Assembly: GCA_021798955.1 (NCBI GenBank)
Contig: JAJZBK010000002.1
Coordinates: forward strand, 15,650-79,649
Source: Actinomycetes bacterium
Lineage (GTDB): Bacteria > Actinomycetota > Acidimicrobiia > Acidimicrobiales > RAAP-2
Direction: 5' to 3'
DNA length: 64,000 nt
A program made the position numbers and the translations under genes. Positions 1-8,983 of the stretch are shown here, piece by piece. Below the pieces are notes generated by a model. The model was not told the origin of the DNA. It saw nothing but the letters and a program-made list of their open reading frames with translations, and did no database searches. Positions within the stretch are counted from its first letter, which is position 1. Each line of letters starts with the position of its first letter.

Positions 1-106
1 CGACGGCCGCCTGGTGGGTCATCCGGGCCAGCTGGCCGGCTCCCACCATGGCGACGACACCGGCGGGACCACCGTCGTCCCGGTGCCCGTGCCCGTCAGA
101 CCCCAT
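1..106 (-). CDS. 5' end of a PurK-like (N5-carboxyaminoimidazole ribonucleotide synthase) gene, cut by the window edge
   Basis: Minus-strand ATG at 106 preceded by GGAGG. It reads MGSDGHGHRDDGGPAGVVAMVGAGQLARMTHQAAV, and the GxGQLxRM ATP-grasp N-terminus is typical of PurK. Only 35 codons are visible. Confidence 0.4.
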   Translation of the reverse strand, partial: MGSDGHGHRDDGGPAGVVAMVGAGQLARMTHQAAV

Positions 107-231
107 CCGTGCGCCTCCGTCTCGTCGTCCCTGGTGTCGTACGTCGGCAGCACAAGGGGGCAGGGCCGACGGGTCGTCTTCGACGCTAATCGGTGCGGCA
201 GGGTAGGGCCGCCAGGGCCTAGCCTGGCGCC

Positions 232-1668
232 ATGCCCGGGGACGGGACAGCGAGCGGGCCCGGCGACGACCCCGTCGTCGGCGGCCTGGTCCGTGCCGTC
301 GGCCCCGAGCATGTGCTCGTCGACGACGACGTGCGACGCGGCTACGAGGTCGACTGGATGGGGCGCCAGCTGGGCCGGTGTCGCGCCGTCGTCCGGCCGG
401 CGACGACCTCCGAGGTGGTGTCCGTGCTGGCGACCTGTGCGGCTGCCGGGGTGCCGGTTGTCCCCCAGGGGGGGAACACCGGCCTCGTCGGCGGCGGCGT
501 CCCCCGCGGCGGTGAGGTCGTCCTCTCGACTCGACGCCTGGTCGGCATCGGCCCCGTCGACCCCCACGGCCACCAGGTGGCGGTGGCCGCCGGCACCACG
601 CTGGCATCGGTGGCGCAAGCGGTGGCACCGGCCGGGTTCGAGGTCCCGCTCGACCTCACCGCACGCGATTCGGCCACCGTGGGCGGCATGGTCGCCACCG
701 ATGCCGGCGGCACCCGGGTCCTGCGCCACGGCTCGATGCGGGCCAACCTGGCCGGCCTCGAAGCCGTTCTTGCCGACGGAACCGTCCTACGCCGCATGGG
801 GGGCCTCGCCAAGGACAATGCCGGCTACCACCTCCCGAGCCTGCTGTGCGGTAGCGAGGGGACCCTCGCCGTCGTGACCGAGGTCCTGCTCCGCCTGGTC
901 CCCTCGGCCCGGGCCCGGGTGACGGCCGTCGTCGGAACGGCATCGCTGGCGGCCTCGGTGGCACTGGTGGCCGCGGCGCGCCGCACCGTGCCCCAGCTCG
1001 ATGCCGCCGAGGTCGTCTTCGCTGACGGCGTGCGCCTCGTCCACGAGCTGCTCGGCGTGGCCTCGCCGCTGCATACCGGCCCTCCCTGCGAGGTCCTCCT
1101 CGAGGTGGCCTCCGACAGCGATGACGTCGCGGCCACCGTGGCCCGCCTGGCCGAGGCGGTCGACACGCACGACCCCGACGCCGAGACCGCGCTCGCCGAC
1201 GACCCCGAGGGCCGTCGGCGTCTGTGGGCCGTCCGCGAGCGGCACTCGGAGCTCGTCGGACTGCTCGGCGCGCCGCACAAGCTCGATGTCTCCCTGCCGC
1301 CCGACGAGCTGTCCGGCTTCGTCGAAGACGTGCGCGCCGCTGTCACCGACCGGCTCCCGGGTTGCGTCCCCGTGCTCTTCGGCCACCTGGGTGACGGCGG
1401 GATGCACGTGAACGTGGCGGTCCCCCCAGGTGCAGGCGAGCACCCTGGCGCCGGGGCCGACGACGTCGCCGCGGTCGTCCTTCCCATCGTCGCCGCGCAC
1501 GGCGGCTCCATCAGCGCCGAGCACGGCATCGGGACGGACAAGGTGCGGTGGCTGTCGCTCGCCCGCACCCCCGGGGAGATCGCCGCCATGCGGCGGGTGA
1601 AGGACGCCCTCGACCCGGCATGGACACTCAACCCCGGAGTAGTCCTCCCCCGCCGGCCTCCGGTCTGA
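232..1668 (+). CDS. FAD-linked oxidase (GlcD / D-lactate dehydrogenase family)
   Basis: 478-aa ORF with the PCMH-type FAD-binding signature (VVPQGGNTGLVGGGVP) and a C-terminal FAD-oxidase domain (ISAEHGIG). Confidence 0.85.
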   Translation: MPGDGTASGPGDDPVVGGLVRAVGPEHVLVDDDVRRGYEVDWMGRQLGRCRAVVRPATTSEVVSVLATCAAAGVPVVPQGGNTGLVGGGVPRGGEVVLSTRRLVGIGPVDPHGHQVAVAAGTTLASVAQAVAPAGFEVPLDLTARDSATVGGMVATDAGGTRVLRHGSMRANLAGLEAVLADGTVLRRMGGLAKDNAGYHLPSLLCGSEGTLAVVTEVLLRLVPSARARVTAVVGTASLAASVALVAAARRTVPQLDAAEVVFADGVRLVHELLGVASPLHTGPPCEVLLEVASDSDDVAATVARLAEAVDTHDPDAETALADDPEGRRRLWAVRERHSELVGLLGAPHKLDVSLPPDELSGFVEDVRAAVTDRLPGCVPVLFGHLGDGGMHVNVAVPPGAGEHPGAGADDVAAVVLPIVAAHGGSISAEHGIGTDKVRWLSLARTPGEIAAMRRVKDALDPAWTLNPGVVLPRRPPV

Positions 1669-1717
1669 GCCGAACCTGACCGGGCCACCTCCGCCGGGCC
1701 CACCAGCCTGCGTCCCC

Positions 1718-2179
1718 TCAGGTCATCTCGAGGGCGAGCGTCGCCGCCACGGTCGCCGCCAGCTCACGTACGGCCTCGAGGTCGGAGCGCTGGGGAGCCC
1801 CGACGACGGAGACGGGCAGGTGGACACGTCGCCACCCGAGCGCCGAGGCCACCAGCTCGACGGAGCGCACCGCGCCAGCCGTGTCGCTCTCCCCGTGCAC
1901 CCAGAGCGCATACGGCCGGTTGCCGGTGGCACCGAGGCACGGGTAGTAGCACTGGTCGAAAAAGTGCTTGAGCGCGCCGGACATGTACCCGATGTTGGCG
2001 GGCGTGCCGAGCACATAGCCGTCCGCCTCGAGCGCGTCGACGGCACCGGCCAGCAGTGCCGGACGGGTGACGACCTCGACGGCCTCGACCTCGTCGGTCG
2101 ACGCGCCTTGCGTGGCCGCCTCGGCCAGCGCGTGGAGCGCCGGCGACACCGTGTGATGGAGGACGAGCAGTCGGGGCAC
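1718..2179 (-). CDS. Flavodoxin-like / NAD(P)H-dependent FMN oxidoreductase family protein
   Basis: 153 aa. The N-terminal beta-strand LLVLHHT, GYMSGALKHFFD and its size fit the flavodoxin-like fold. It is the last gene of the minus-strand redox operon. Confidence 0.65.
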   Translation of the reverse strand: MPRLLVLHHTVSPALHALAEAATQGASTDEVEAVEVVTRPALLAGAVDALEADGYVLGTPANIGYMSGALKHFFDQCYYPCLGATGNRPYALWVHGESDTAGAVRSVELVASALGWRRVHLPVSVVGAPQRSDLEAVRELAATVAATLALEMT

Positions 2180-2278
2180 GACGGCAGGCTCTCACCGGCC
2201 CGTTGCCGCCGCAACACCAGCGTGCCTCGGGCCGGGAGACCTGAGCGGGGCCGCACCGGCCCCGCTCAGGTCGACCCG

Positions 2279-3502
2279 TCAGATGCCGGAGAACCCCGGG
2301 TGGTGCCGGCGGATCTCGCGACGGGCGATCGACATCTTGTGGACCTCGTCGGGCCCGTCAGCCAGCCGCAGGGTACGCAGACCGGCGTACATGTGGGCGA
2401 GGGGGGTGAACTGGGTGACGCCGGCCGCGCCGTGGACTTGGATGGCCCGGTCGACGACCTGCAATGCCATGCGAGGGACGGCCACCTTGATCCCCGAGAT
2501 CTGCACGGCCGCCGCCTTGTTGCCCACCGTGTCCATCAGGTGGGCGGCGTGGAGGACGTACTGGCGGCACATGTCGATCTCGATGCGGGCCTCGGCGATC
2601 CAGTCCTGGATGACCCCCTTGTGGGCCAGGCTCGACCCGAACGTGGTGCGCTCGAGCGAACGGGTGACCATGAGCCCGAGCGCGCGCTCGGCCACCCCGA
2701 TGGTCCGCATGCAGTGGTGGATGCGCCCGGGGCCCAGACGCGCCTGGGCGATGGCGAAGCCGCCCCCTTCCTCGCCGAGGAGGTTGTCGACCGGTACGCG
2801 GACGTCACGGAAGACCACCTCGGGGTGGCCACCACGCTCGTCGTAACCGAACACCGAAGGGTCCATCCCGAGCGAGACGCCCGGGGTCTGGCGAGGCACG
2901 ACGACCATGGAGTGCTGCAGATGGCGCGGCGCGTCAGGATTGGACCGGCCCATCACCACGAGCACCTGGCAACGCGGCGAGCGCGCCCCGCTCGAGAACC
3001 ACTTCCGGCCGTTCAGCACGTAGTGGTCGCCGTCACGCTCGATGGACAGGCTGATGTTGGTGGCGTCCGAGGAGGCCACGTCCGGCTCGGTCATCGAGAA
3101 GGCGCTGCGGATCTCCCCGGCCAGCAACGGCGCCAGCCACTGCTCACGGACGCGTTCGGACCCGTAGTGGTGGAGGATCTCCATGTTGCCGGTGTCGGGT
3201 GCCGAGCAGTTGAGCGCCTCGGAGGCGAACGACACCGACCCGAGCAGCTCGGAGATCGGGGCGTACTCGACGTTGGTCAGCGGCGTGCCCGGGTCGTCAG
3301 GCCGGAGCCCGGGCAGGAAGAGGTTCCACAACCCGCGCTGGAGGGCGAGGGACTTGAGCTTGTCGAGCACCGGCGGCATGCCGTCGATGCCCACCTCGGC
3401 GAGCTGCTGGTAGTACGTCTCCTCGTTGGGCAGCACGTGCTCGTCCATGAACCGCTGGACCTCGTCGCGCACGGCTGCCCCTGCTTGGGAAACCTCAGGC
3501 AC
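2279..3502 (-). CDS. Acyl-CoA dehydrogenase
   Basis: The ORF track gives a 632-aa read-through. An in-frame GTG at 3502 with upstream GGAGG gives 407 aa starting VPEVSQAGAAVRDEVQRFMDEHV. ACAD N, middle and C-terminal domains are recognisable (FSMTEPDVASSDATN, RLADGPDEVH). Confidence 0.9.
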   Translation of the reverse strand: MPEVSQAGAAVRDEVQRFMDEHVLPNEETYYQQLAEVGIDGMPPVLDKLKSLALQRGLWNLFLPGLRPDDPGTPLTNVEYAPISELLGSVSFASEALNCSAPDTGNMEILHHYGSERVREQWLAPLLAGEIRSAFSMTEPDVASSDATNISLSIERDGDHYVLNGRKWFSSGARSPRCQVLVVMGRSNPDAPRHLQHSMVVVPRQTPGVSLGMDPSVFGYDERGGHPEVVFRDVRVPVDNLLGEEGGGFAIAQARLGPGRIHHCMRTIGVAERALGLMVTRSLERTTFGSSLAHKGVIQDWIAEARIEIDMCRQYVLHAAHLMDTVGNKAAAVQISGIKVAVPRMALQVVDRAIQVHGAAGVTQFTPLAHMYAGLRTLRLADGPDEVHKMSIARREIRRHHPGFSGI

Positions 3503-3530
3503 CCTCGACCTCCACTCCTGCCACCCCGGA

Positions 3531-5768
3531 CTAGCCCGCCCGAACGGCGACCGTCCCCAGGAGAGCACCGGCCATCGCCTCGGGGGCGTTGCCGCCGGCG
3601 CCTGCCGACCGCGACCGGCGCCCGAAAGCCTCGGCGGCCACGACCCGGCCACCGTGGCGTTCCACGGACGCTCGCATGAGGGGCAGCGTACGCCCCGGCG
3701 AGACGCCGTAGGTGCACAACAGCGCCACGGGCATGCCGGCGAGAGGCGGCAGGCCGTCGAGCCACTTGCTCGTGGCCCGAGCTGGTCCCACCTTGGCGAC
3801 GACGAGACCTTCCACCCACGTGGCGACGACCAGGGCGTCGGCCCACGCCAGCTCGGTCGTCCCCACAGAAGTGAGGGGGACGACGCGGACGTCCGCTCCG
3901 GCACCGACGAGGGCACCGGCCAGGGCGTCGGCCCGTGCCGCCGTGGTGCCCGTCTGGCTCTCGACGGCCACGAGCACACGCTCACCACCGGGACGGGCCC
4001 GTCCGGGGCGCCGGGGCTGGCGGTCGAGGATCGCCTCGGCTGCCCGCTTGCCCTGGGCCATGGCCTCGACCACCGTGGCCGGGCCGACCAGGGCGTCGCC
4101 GACGACCCACGTCCGCTCCTTGCGGGCCAGGGCAGCCTGGGTCCGGGCGTGCTCGCGACCGCGTGCCAGTGCACCAACCGGCTGGTTGCGGGCGAAGGGC
4201 GGCGCCGGGTTGGCGAAGATGCCGCTGCCGAGCCACCGACGATCGGGGAACCCGCCGATGCGACGCGGAACGAGCGTTCCGCCGTCGAGCTCGAGCAGCT
4301 CGGGTGGCACCCGGTAGCCCATGGCCATCACCACCAGGTCGATCTCCTCGACGGCCACGGGCCCCGAGAGGACCTCGGGCGTGACCCCGGCCTTGAGCTG
4401 GCGGGTGGGGGCCAACTGAGCCCGGGCCACATGGCCGTCCTCGCCCTCCAGCCGGACTGCTGTGGTGGAGAACCGGACGTCGACGCCTTCGCCGGCCGCT
4501 TCGTCGAGCTCGTCGGGCCGGACGGGAGCGAAGGCCCGGTCCATCCAGTCGACACAGATCGCCTCGGCTCCGAGGCGGCGTGCGCTCCGGGCCACGTCCA
4601 TGGCCGTGTTGCCAGCCCCGAGGACGAGCACCCGTGCCGCCCGCCCGGACCCGTCCGGCGATCGCAGCGCCTCGAGCTGGGTGCCGTGGGCCAAGGCGGC
4701 GTGCGCCGCAGTGAGGAACCGGGTGGCGTCCCACACGCCGTCCAGGTCGCCGCCCGGGACCGGCAACCGGAGCGGGACCGATGCCCCAGCGGCCACCACC
4801 ACGGCGTCGAAGTCGAAGGGCAAAAGGTCGAGGTCAGCGGCCGACACCTCGTGGCCGAGCCGCAGGTCGACACCGGCATCCACCAGGGTCTCCCACGGAC
4901 GCCGGGCCACGGCGTCAGGCAAGGTGAAGTCGGGGATGCCCCACCGCAGCAGCCCGCCGGCGTCGGCGTCACGCTCGAAGACCGTGACCTTCGCCCCCCC
5001 GGCGACGAGCGCCGAGGCGGCACCGATGCCAGCCGGGCCCGAGCCGACCACCGCTACCTCGAGGCGGTCGGTCCGAGCGCTCCGACCGCCGTTCTCCACA
5101 GGACCGTCGGAGGCGGCAGTGTCGGGCGGCGCTGCCGTCACCAGCGGCGGCACGGGGGCGTTGTCCGCCACGAAGCGCTCGAGGGCACCGATGGCCACCG
5201 GCACATCGCCGGCGAGGGACCACGAGCACGAGCCTTCGCACTGGACGGCCTGGTCGCACACCCGTGCGCACACGTCGGGCAGGAACGTGGTGCGCCGGAG
5301 GACGGCATGGGCGGTGTCGAGGTCGCCGTCGGCAATGGCCCGGATGAACCCGGGGATGTCGTTGTGCGCCGGGCACCCCCGGACGCAGGTCGGGTCTGGG
5401 CAGTCGAGGCAGCGAGCGGCCTCGGCCAGGGCGTCCGCCCACGAGGCAATGCCGTGACGCGTCTCGGTGCGCGACCCGGCGAGGTCGGTGACGTGCTCGT
5501 GGACGAGGGGGACCCGCACACCGGCGAGCGCCGGTCCCTCGACCACGACGGCCGAGAAGGGGCACGTGCGCTCGCACTGGCGGCACCCGACGCAGGTACT
5601 GCTGTCGCCCACGACCGTCCAGGTGGTCGAGTCGAGGGTGAGCGCTCCGGTGGGGCACCGGATCGAGCACTCCTGGCAGCCGGCACAGCGGTCGCCGAGG
5701 ACGTGGACGCTCGGATGGTCGGGAGGGGCGTCGGACGCCCGGTCGGTCGGGAGGTCGATGACGGACAT
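3531..5768 (-). CDS. Multidomain redox protein: 2x[4Fe-4S] ferredoxin + GltD-like FAD/NAD(P)H oxidoreductase + C-terminal flavodoxin-like domain
   Basis: N-terminus has CAGCQECSIRCP and CVGCRQCERTCP. The GltD-type Fe-S region is CLDCPDPTCVRGCPAHNDIPGFI. Dinucleotide folds are VAVVGSGPAGIGAA and VLVLGAGNTAMD. The C-terminus VLVAVESQTGTTAARADALAG...LLCTYG is flavodoxin-like. AAGGAG lies 6 nt before the ATG. Confidence 0.8.
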   Translation of the reverse strand: MSVIDLPTDRASDAPPDHPSVHVLGDRCAGCQECSIRCPTGALTLDSTTWTVVGDSSTCVGCRQCERTCPFSAVVVEGPALAGVRVPLVHEHVTDLAGSRTETRHGIASWADALAEAARCLDCPDPTCVRGCPAHNDIPGFIRAIADGDLDTAHAVLRRTTFLPDVCARVCDQAVQCEGSCSWSLAGDVPVAIGALERFVADNAPVPPLVTAAPPDTAASDGPVENGGRSARTDRLEVAVVGSGPAGIGAASALVAGGAKVTVFERDADAGGLLRWGIPDFTLPDAVARRPWETLVDAGVDLRLGHEVSAADLDLLPFDFDAVVVAAGASVPLRLPVPGGDLDGVWDATRFLTAAHAALAHGTQLEALRSPDGSGRAARVLVLGAGNTAMDVARSARRLGAEAICVDWMDRAFAPVRPDELDEAAGEGVDVRFSTTAVRLEGEDGHVARAQLAPTRQLKAGVTPEVLSGPVAVEEIDLVVMAMGYRVPPELLELDGGTLVPRRIGGFPDRRWLGSGIFANPAPPFARNQPVGALARGREHARTQAALARKERTWVVGDALVGPATVVEAMAQGKRAAEAILDRQPRRPGRARPGGERVLVAVESQTGTTAARADALAGALVGAGADVRVVPLTSVGTTELAWADALVVATWVEGLVVAKVGPARATSKWLDGLPPLAGMPVALLCTYGVSPGRTLPLMRASVERHGGRVVAAEAFGRRSRSAGAGGNAPEAMAGALLGTVAVRAG

Positions 5769-5784
5769 GGAGGCTCCTTACGGC

Positions 5785-7365
5785 TTACGACGCGGCGTGC
5801 ATGAGCACGTAGAGGATGGACGCGGTGAGCCCGACGGCAGCCACGATGGCCAGGCTCGTCACCCGGGTGGCGACGGGGTGGTCCGACACCGGTGCGAGGT
5901 CGCGGGTGGTGATCCGCCACGTCGCCACGGCCGAGGCCAGCGTGCCGAGGGCGATGACCGCCACCTGGACGACGACGATCGAGGGGTTCGACAGCATCCG
6001 GGTGTTGTACAGGCTGGAGTGCGTCGAACCAGCCCCGAACCAGGCGCCGACCGACGGCACGATCCGGGCTGCGTGCTTGAAGAACTTGGGCAGCTGGCGG
6101 GCGAAGTAGTCGGCCCCGACGACCGGGATGATGCCGTAGGAGATGGGCACGAAGAACGCCCGGAACCGGCTCGTCTTGTCGATGAACGATCGCTTGACCG
6201 ACAGCAGCGGCTGCGGCAGGTCGGGCCGGACGAGCGCCCGTGAGGCCACCCAGGCGATGCCGGCCACGAGGGCGGCCATGGCGACGATGATGCCCAGGTA
6301 GTCGATCGGGTTCGGGTAGTGGATCCCCGTGTACTTGGCCAGCCACCCGTCGAACGAGTTGTAGACGTTGGTGGCGTTGAACTGCTGGAAGAAGACGAGC
6401 CCCCACAGCAGTGCCACCGACCAGGCGACGTCGGCACGGCGGCGGTTGGGTGCTACCACCGAGGTCATCGGCGGCTGCAGGTAGAACCCGACGTTGTCCG
6501 AGGGGCAGCTCTTGTAGCACTCGGAGCACAGGCCACAGGTGAGGTTGGAGTCTGCGCTGCCCGGCCACGTGTACCACGGGCAGCCGAACCCTTCCTCGCT
6601 GCCCCGCATGCAGTCCTTCGTCTTGCAGTCGAGGCAGACCTGCCGGTCGCGAGTGCGGAACCCGGCGGCCGTGCCAACGGCACCCACCGAGCCGATCAGG
6701 GCCGACAGCGGGCAGACGTAGCGGCAGAAGGTCCGTCGCTCGAACACGAGGAAGAAGATGAGGGCCGAGGTGACGATGCCGAGCACCATGAGGCTCGTGT
6801 CCATCGGGTTCCCCGGTCCGGCGATGTTGAAGAACTCCTCGATCCAGGTGAGCAGGAGGAAGGAGCCGACCGACAACAGCAGGCCGTAGCGGGCGATGGG
6901 CTCGGGCAGCTTGCGGCCGAGCCCGAGGGTCTTCTGGGTGCGTTGCCAGAAGGTCCGGCGCTGGATCCACTCGGCGAACCCGCCAAAGGGGCACATGGCG
7001 CACCAGGCTCGGCCGACGACCACCATCATGACGAAGACCAGGCAGAACCAGATGTACCAGGTGATCGCCGTGCCGAAGTTGAGCCCGGGCACCACGGTGC
7101 CGAGCAGGCCGAGCATGATGACCAGCCAGAACACCAACTGGTTCGGGAGGATCAGGAAGAACTGCAACTTGCGGTTGTGCAGCACGCGAGCCACCCGCGG
7201 GTGAGCGGCGACGTCCCACCCCCGCGGAGGATCGGTGGCGGCGAACCGCTCGGCGACGCCGTCGCGTCGGGGGGGACGGAGGTGGACGGCAACGGGGACC
7301 GGGTCGAAGGGATCCGGGGGTGCGTCCGACCGGGGAGGGCGATCGGGGGGTGCCGTGATGGTCAT
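5785..7365 (-). CDS. Integral-membrane polyferredoxin (NapH/MauN/RdhC-like 4Fe-4S binding protein)
   Basis: Multiple TM helices plus cysteine motifs CAMCPFG, FCRYVCPLSAL, CLDCKTKDCMRG and CGLCSECYKSCP. The start was moved to the ATG at 7365 (GGAGGA 4 nt upstream); the ORF maximum is 7410. Confidence 0.75.
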   Translation of the reverse strand: MTITAPPDRPPRSDAPPDPFDPVPVAVHLRPPRRDGVAERFAATDPPRGWDVAAHPRVARVLHNRKLQFFLILPNQLVFWLVIMLGLLGTVVPGLNFGTAITWYIWFCLVFVMMVVVGRAWCAMCPFGGFAEWIQRRTFWQRTQKTLGLGRKLPEPIARYGLLLSVGSFLLLTWIEEFFNIAGPGNPMDTSLMVLGIVTSALIFFLVFERRTFCRYVCPLSALIGSVGAVGTAAGFRTRDRQVCLDCKTKDCMRGSEEGFGCPWYTWPGSADSNLTCGLCSECYKSCPSDNVGFYLQPPMTSVVAPNRRRADVAWSVALLWGLVFFQQFNATNVYNSFDGWLAKYTGIHYPNPIDYLGIIVAMAALVAGIAWVASRALVRPDLPQPLLSVKRSFIDKTSRFRAFFVPISYGIIPVVGADYFARQLPKFFKHAARIVPSVGAWFGAGSTHSSLYNTRMLSNPSIVVVQVAVIALGTLASAVATWRITTRDLAPVSDHPVATRVTSLAIVAAVGLTASILYVLMHAAS

Positions 7366-7486
7366 GGGCTCCTCCGTGGGCTCGGTAGCCAGGGACCTAC
7401 CATTAGTCAAGGGCTATACGTCTATTTGTACCGTAGAAAATTCTGGCGGTTACGTCAAGTCCCGAGCTATACTTTCCAATGTGAAC
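7366..7486. promoter_or_regulatory. AT-rich divergent promoter/operator region between the redox operon and the Rrf2 gene
   Basis: Locally AT-rich in a roughly 70% GC genome. TATACT at 7468-7473 sits 7 nt before GTG 7481 and 13 nt before ATG 7487, suggesting a leaderless or short-leader mRNA. The direct repeat GTCAAG..GCTATAC occurs at 7406-7419 and 7454-7472. Confidence 0.4.
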
Positions 7487-8635
7487 ATGACGTTGTCGAA
7501 GCGCGGCGACTACGTGGTCCGCTCGGCGTTGGCCCTCGCCCGGGCGTGGCCGACCGGCGAGCCTCGCAAGATCCGCGAGGTCGTCGCCGAGATGGGCGTC
7601 CCCCAGACGTTCGCCTCCCAGATCCTCGCCGAGCTGGTCCGAGCCGGACTGGCCTCGTCCAAGGCCGGCAAGGACGGCGGGTACCGCTTGTCCCGAGCAC
7701 CGGAGGAGATCGCTCTCGTCGACGTGGTCGAGGCGGGCGAGGGGCCGTTGCGCGCCGAGCGGTGCGCGCTGGGCGACGGACCGTGCCGGTGGGACGAGGT
7801 GTGCCCGCTCCACGAGACGTGGCGGACGGCCACCGAGGCACTTCGCCAGGTGCTCGGCGCCACCACCCTCGCCGATCTCGCCCAGCGCGATCTCGACCTC
7901 GAGGCCGGACGAGCCTCACCGGTACCCGACTCGCACCGGCACGGTCCCGTCAGCATCGCCGTCGACGACTGGGTCCACGTCGAGGCAGGCATCGCCGCTC
8001 TGGGTGGCTGCATCGCCCGCGAGCAGATCGTCGGCCGAGCCGTCGAGGGTGCTTACGAAGAAGCCGATGCCCTTCGGGCCGGTCTCGACCCGGCGGGGAC
8101 ACCATGGTCGCCGCTGCACGCCCTGGCCAGCTGCGTCCCCCACCCCTCGGCCGACAACGACGGCGTGGTCCGGCCCACCGCGAAGAGCGCGAGCGGAGCA
8201 ACCGGAGCGGACGCCACGGACGGCGGCACAGCCGATGGGGCGGAGCCTGCGCTGCACTTCTCCCTCTCGTGGGAGGCGGCGAGCGGCGACGGCGTGACGT
8301 CCCACGCCGACGTCGAGCTGGTCGCCACGCCCGTCGACCCCGACCGGACCCAGCTCAAGGTGCACGGACGGCTCCGTCCGCCCGTCGCCTCGACGCCAGA
8401 GCCCGTCGACCCCGAGGTCGTCGAGCGCCTCGGCCAAGTCGTCATCCGGTCCCTGCTGCGCCGAATTGCCCGCGCCACAGAAGAGGCAGCCGTCTCGTCC
8501 CACGCCCCGACCAAGCCCCGCCGCTCCCGCTCGACGGCCAGATCAGGCTCGGCCAACGGGACGAAGAACGGCACTGGAGCGCGCCGAGGGCGGGCGACCA
8601 CCGAAGGCACCACTGCCGGGGCTGTCCGCGCCTGA
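7487..8635 (+). CDS. Rrf2-family transcriptional regulator with a roughly 230-aa C-terminal extension
   Basis: MTLSKRGDYVVRSALALA... is a winged-HTH of Rrf2 type. The cluster-ligand-like motif is CALGDGPCRWDEVCPLH (C-x6-C-x5-C-x2-H). The ORF then continues about 230 aa beyond normal Rrf2 length. Confidence 0.85.
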   Translation: MTLSKRGDYVVRSALALARAWPTGEPRKIREVVAEMGVPQTFASQILAELVRAGLASSKAGKDGGYRLSRAPEEIALVDVVEAGEGPLRAERCALGDGPCRWDEVCPLHETWRTATEALRQVLGATTLADLAQRDLDLEAGRASPVPDSHRHGPVSIAVDDWVHVEAGIAALGGCIAREQIVGRAVEGAYEEADALRAGLDPAGTPWSPLHALASCVPHPSADNDGVVRPTAKSASGATGADATDGGTADGAEPALHFSLSWEAASGDGVTSHADVELVATPVDPDRTQLKVHGRLRPPVASTPEPVDPEVVERLGQVVIRSLLRRIARATEEAAVSSHAPTKPRRSRSTARSGSANGTKNGTGARRGRATTEGTTAGAVRA

Positions 8636-8700
8636 CGGCACGGAACGGCGACGGGCCACCACAGCCGCGTCCTCGTCGCCACGCCCCGAGGGGGCATGTT

Positions 8701-8738
8701 GGCCGGCACGCTGACAGCCGGCCGGCACGCTGACAGAC
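8701..8738. repeat. 19-bp tandem duplication (ggccggcacgctgacag-cc/ac)
   Basis: Two adjacent copies with 1 mismatch, in the intergenic region downstream of the Rrf2 gene. Confidence 0.8.
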
Positions 8739-8983
8739 GCCGCTTCTGGCGGTCGGGGCGCCCTCGGTAGGCTGACCGTGGTCGACCGGGGAAGGGACCA
8801 GCAGCGATGGCAGACGACTGGAGTCCGCTCGGGCCACTGGCCGGCGAGTGGGCGGGCGACGTCGGGGTCGACTGCTCTACCGGACGCAGCACCCTGCACC
8901 GTGTCGACTGACCCGCCAACGGTCATCGCTCCCGCCACCGCTGCACCACAGCCCAGTGGGAGCCGAACCTCGAGGAGACGACG

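Noticed and set aside
3426-8733. Very long plus-strand ORFs (3426..5804, 6319..8733), and similar ones at 17251..18636, 18542..20713, 21615..23735, 24132..26084, 40824..44015 and 44306..47278
   Set aside because: They are antisense to strongly supported genes, dominated by Arg/Gly/Pro/His, and have no recognisable domains. These are typical shadow ORFs in 70% GC DNA.
8806-8910. A 34-codon ORF (MADDWSPLGPLAGEWAGDVGVD...) resembling the N-terminus of FABP/nitrobindin-like (DUF1794) proteins
   Set aside because: It terminates after 34 codons with no continuation in any frame and has no SD. At best it is a decayed fragment.
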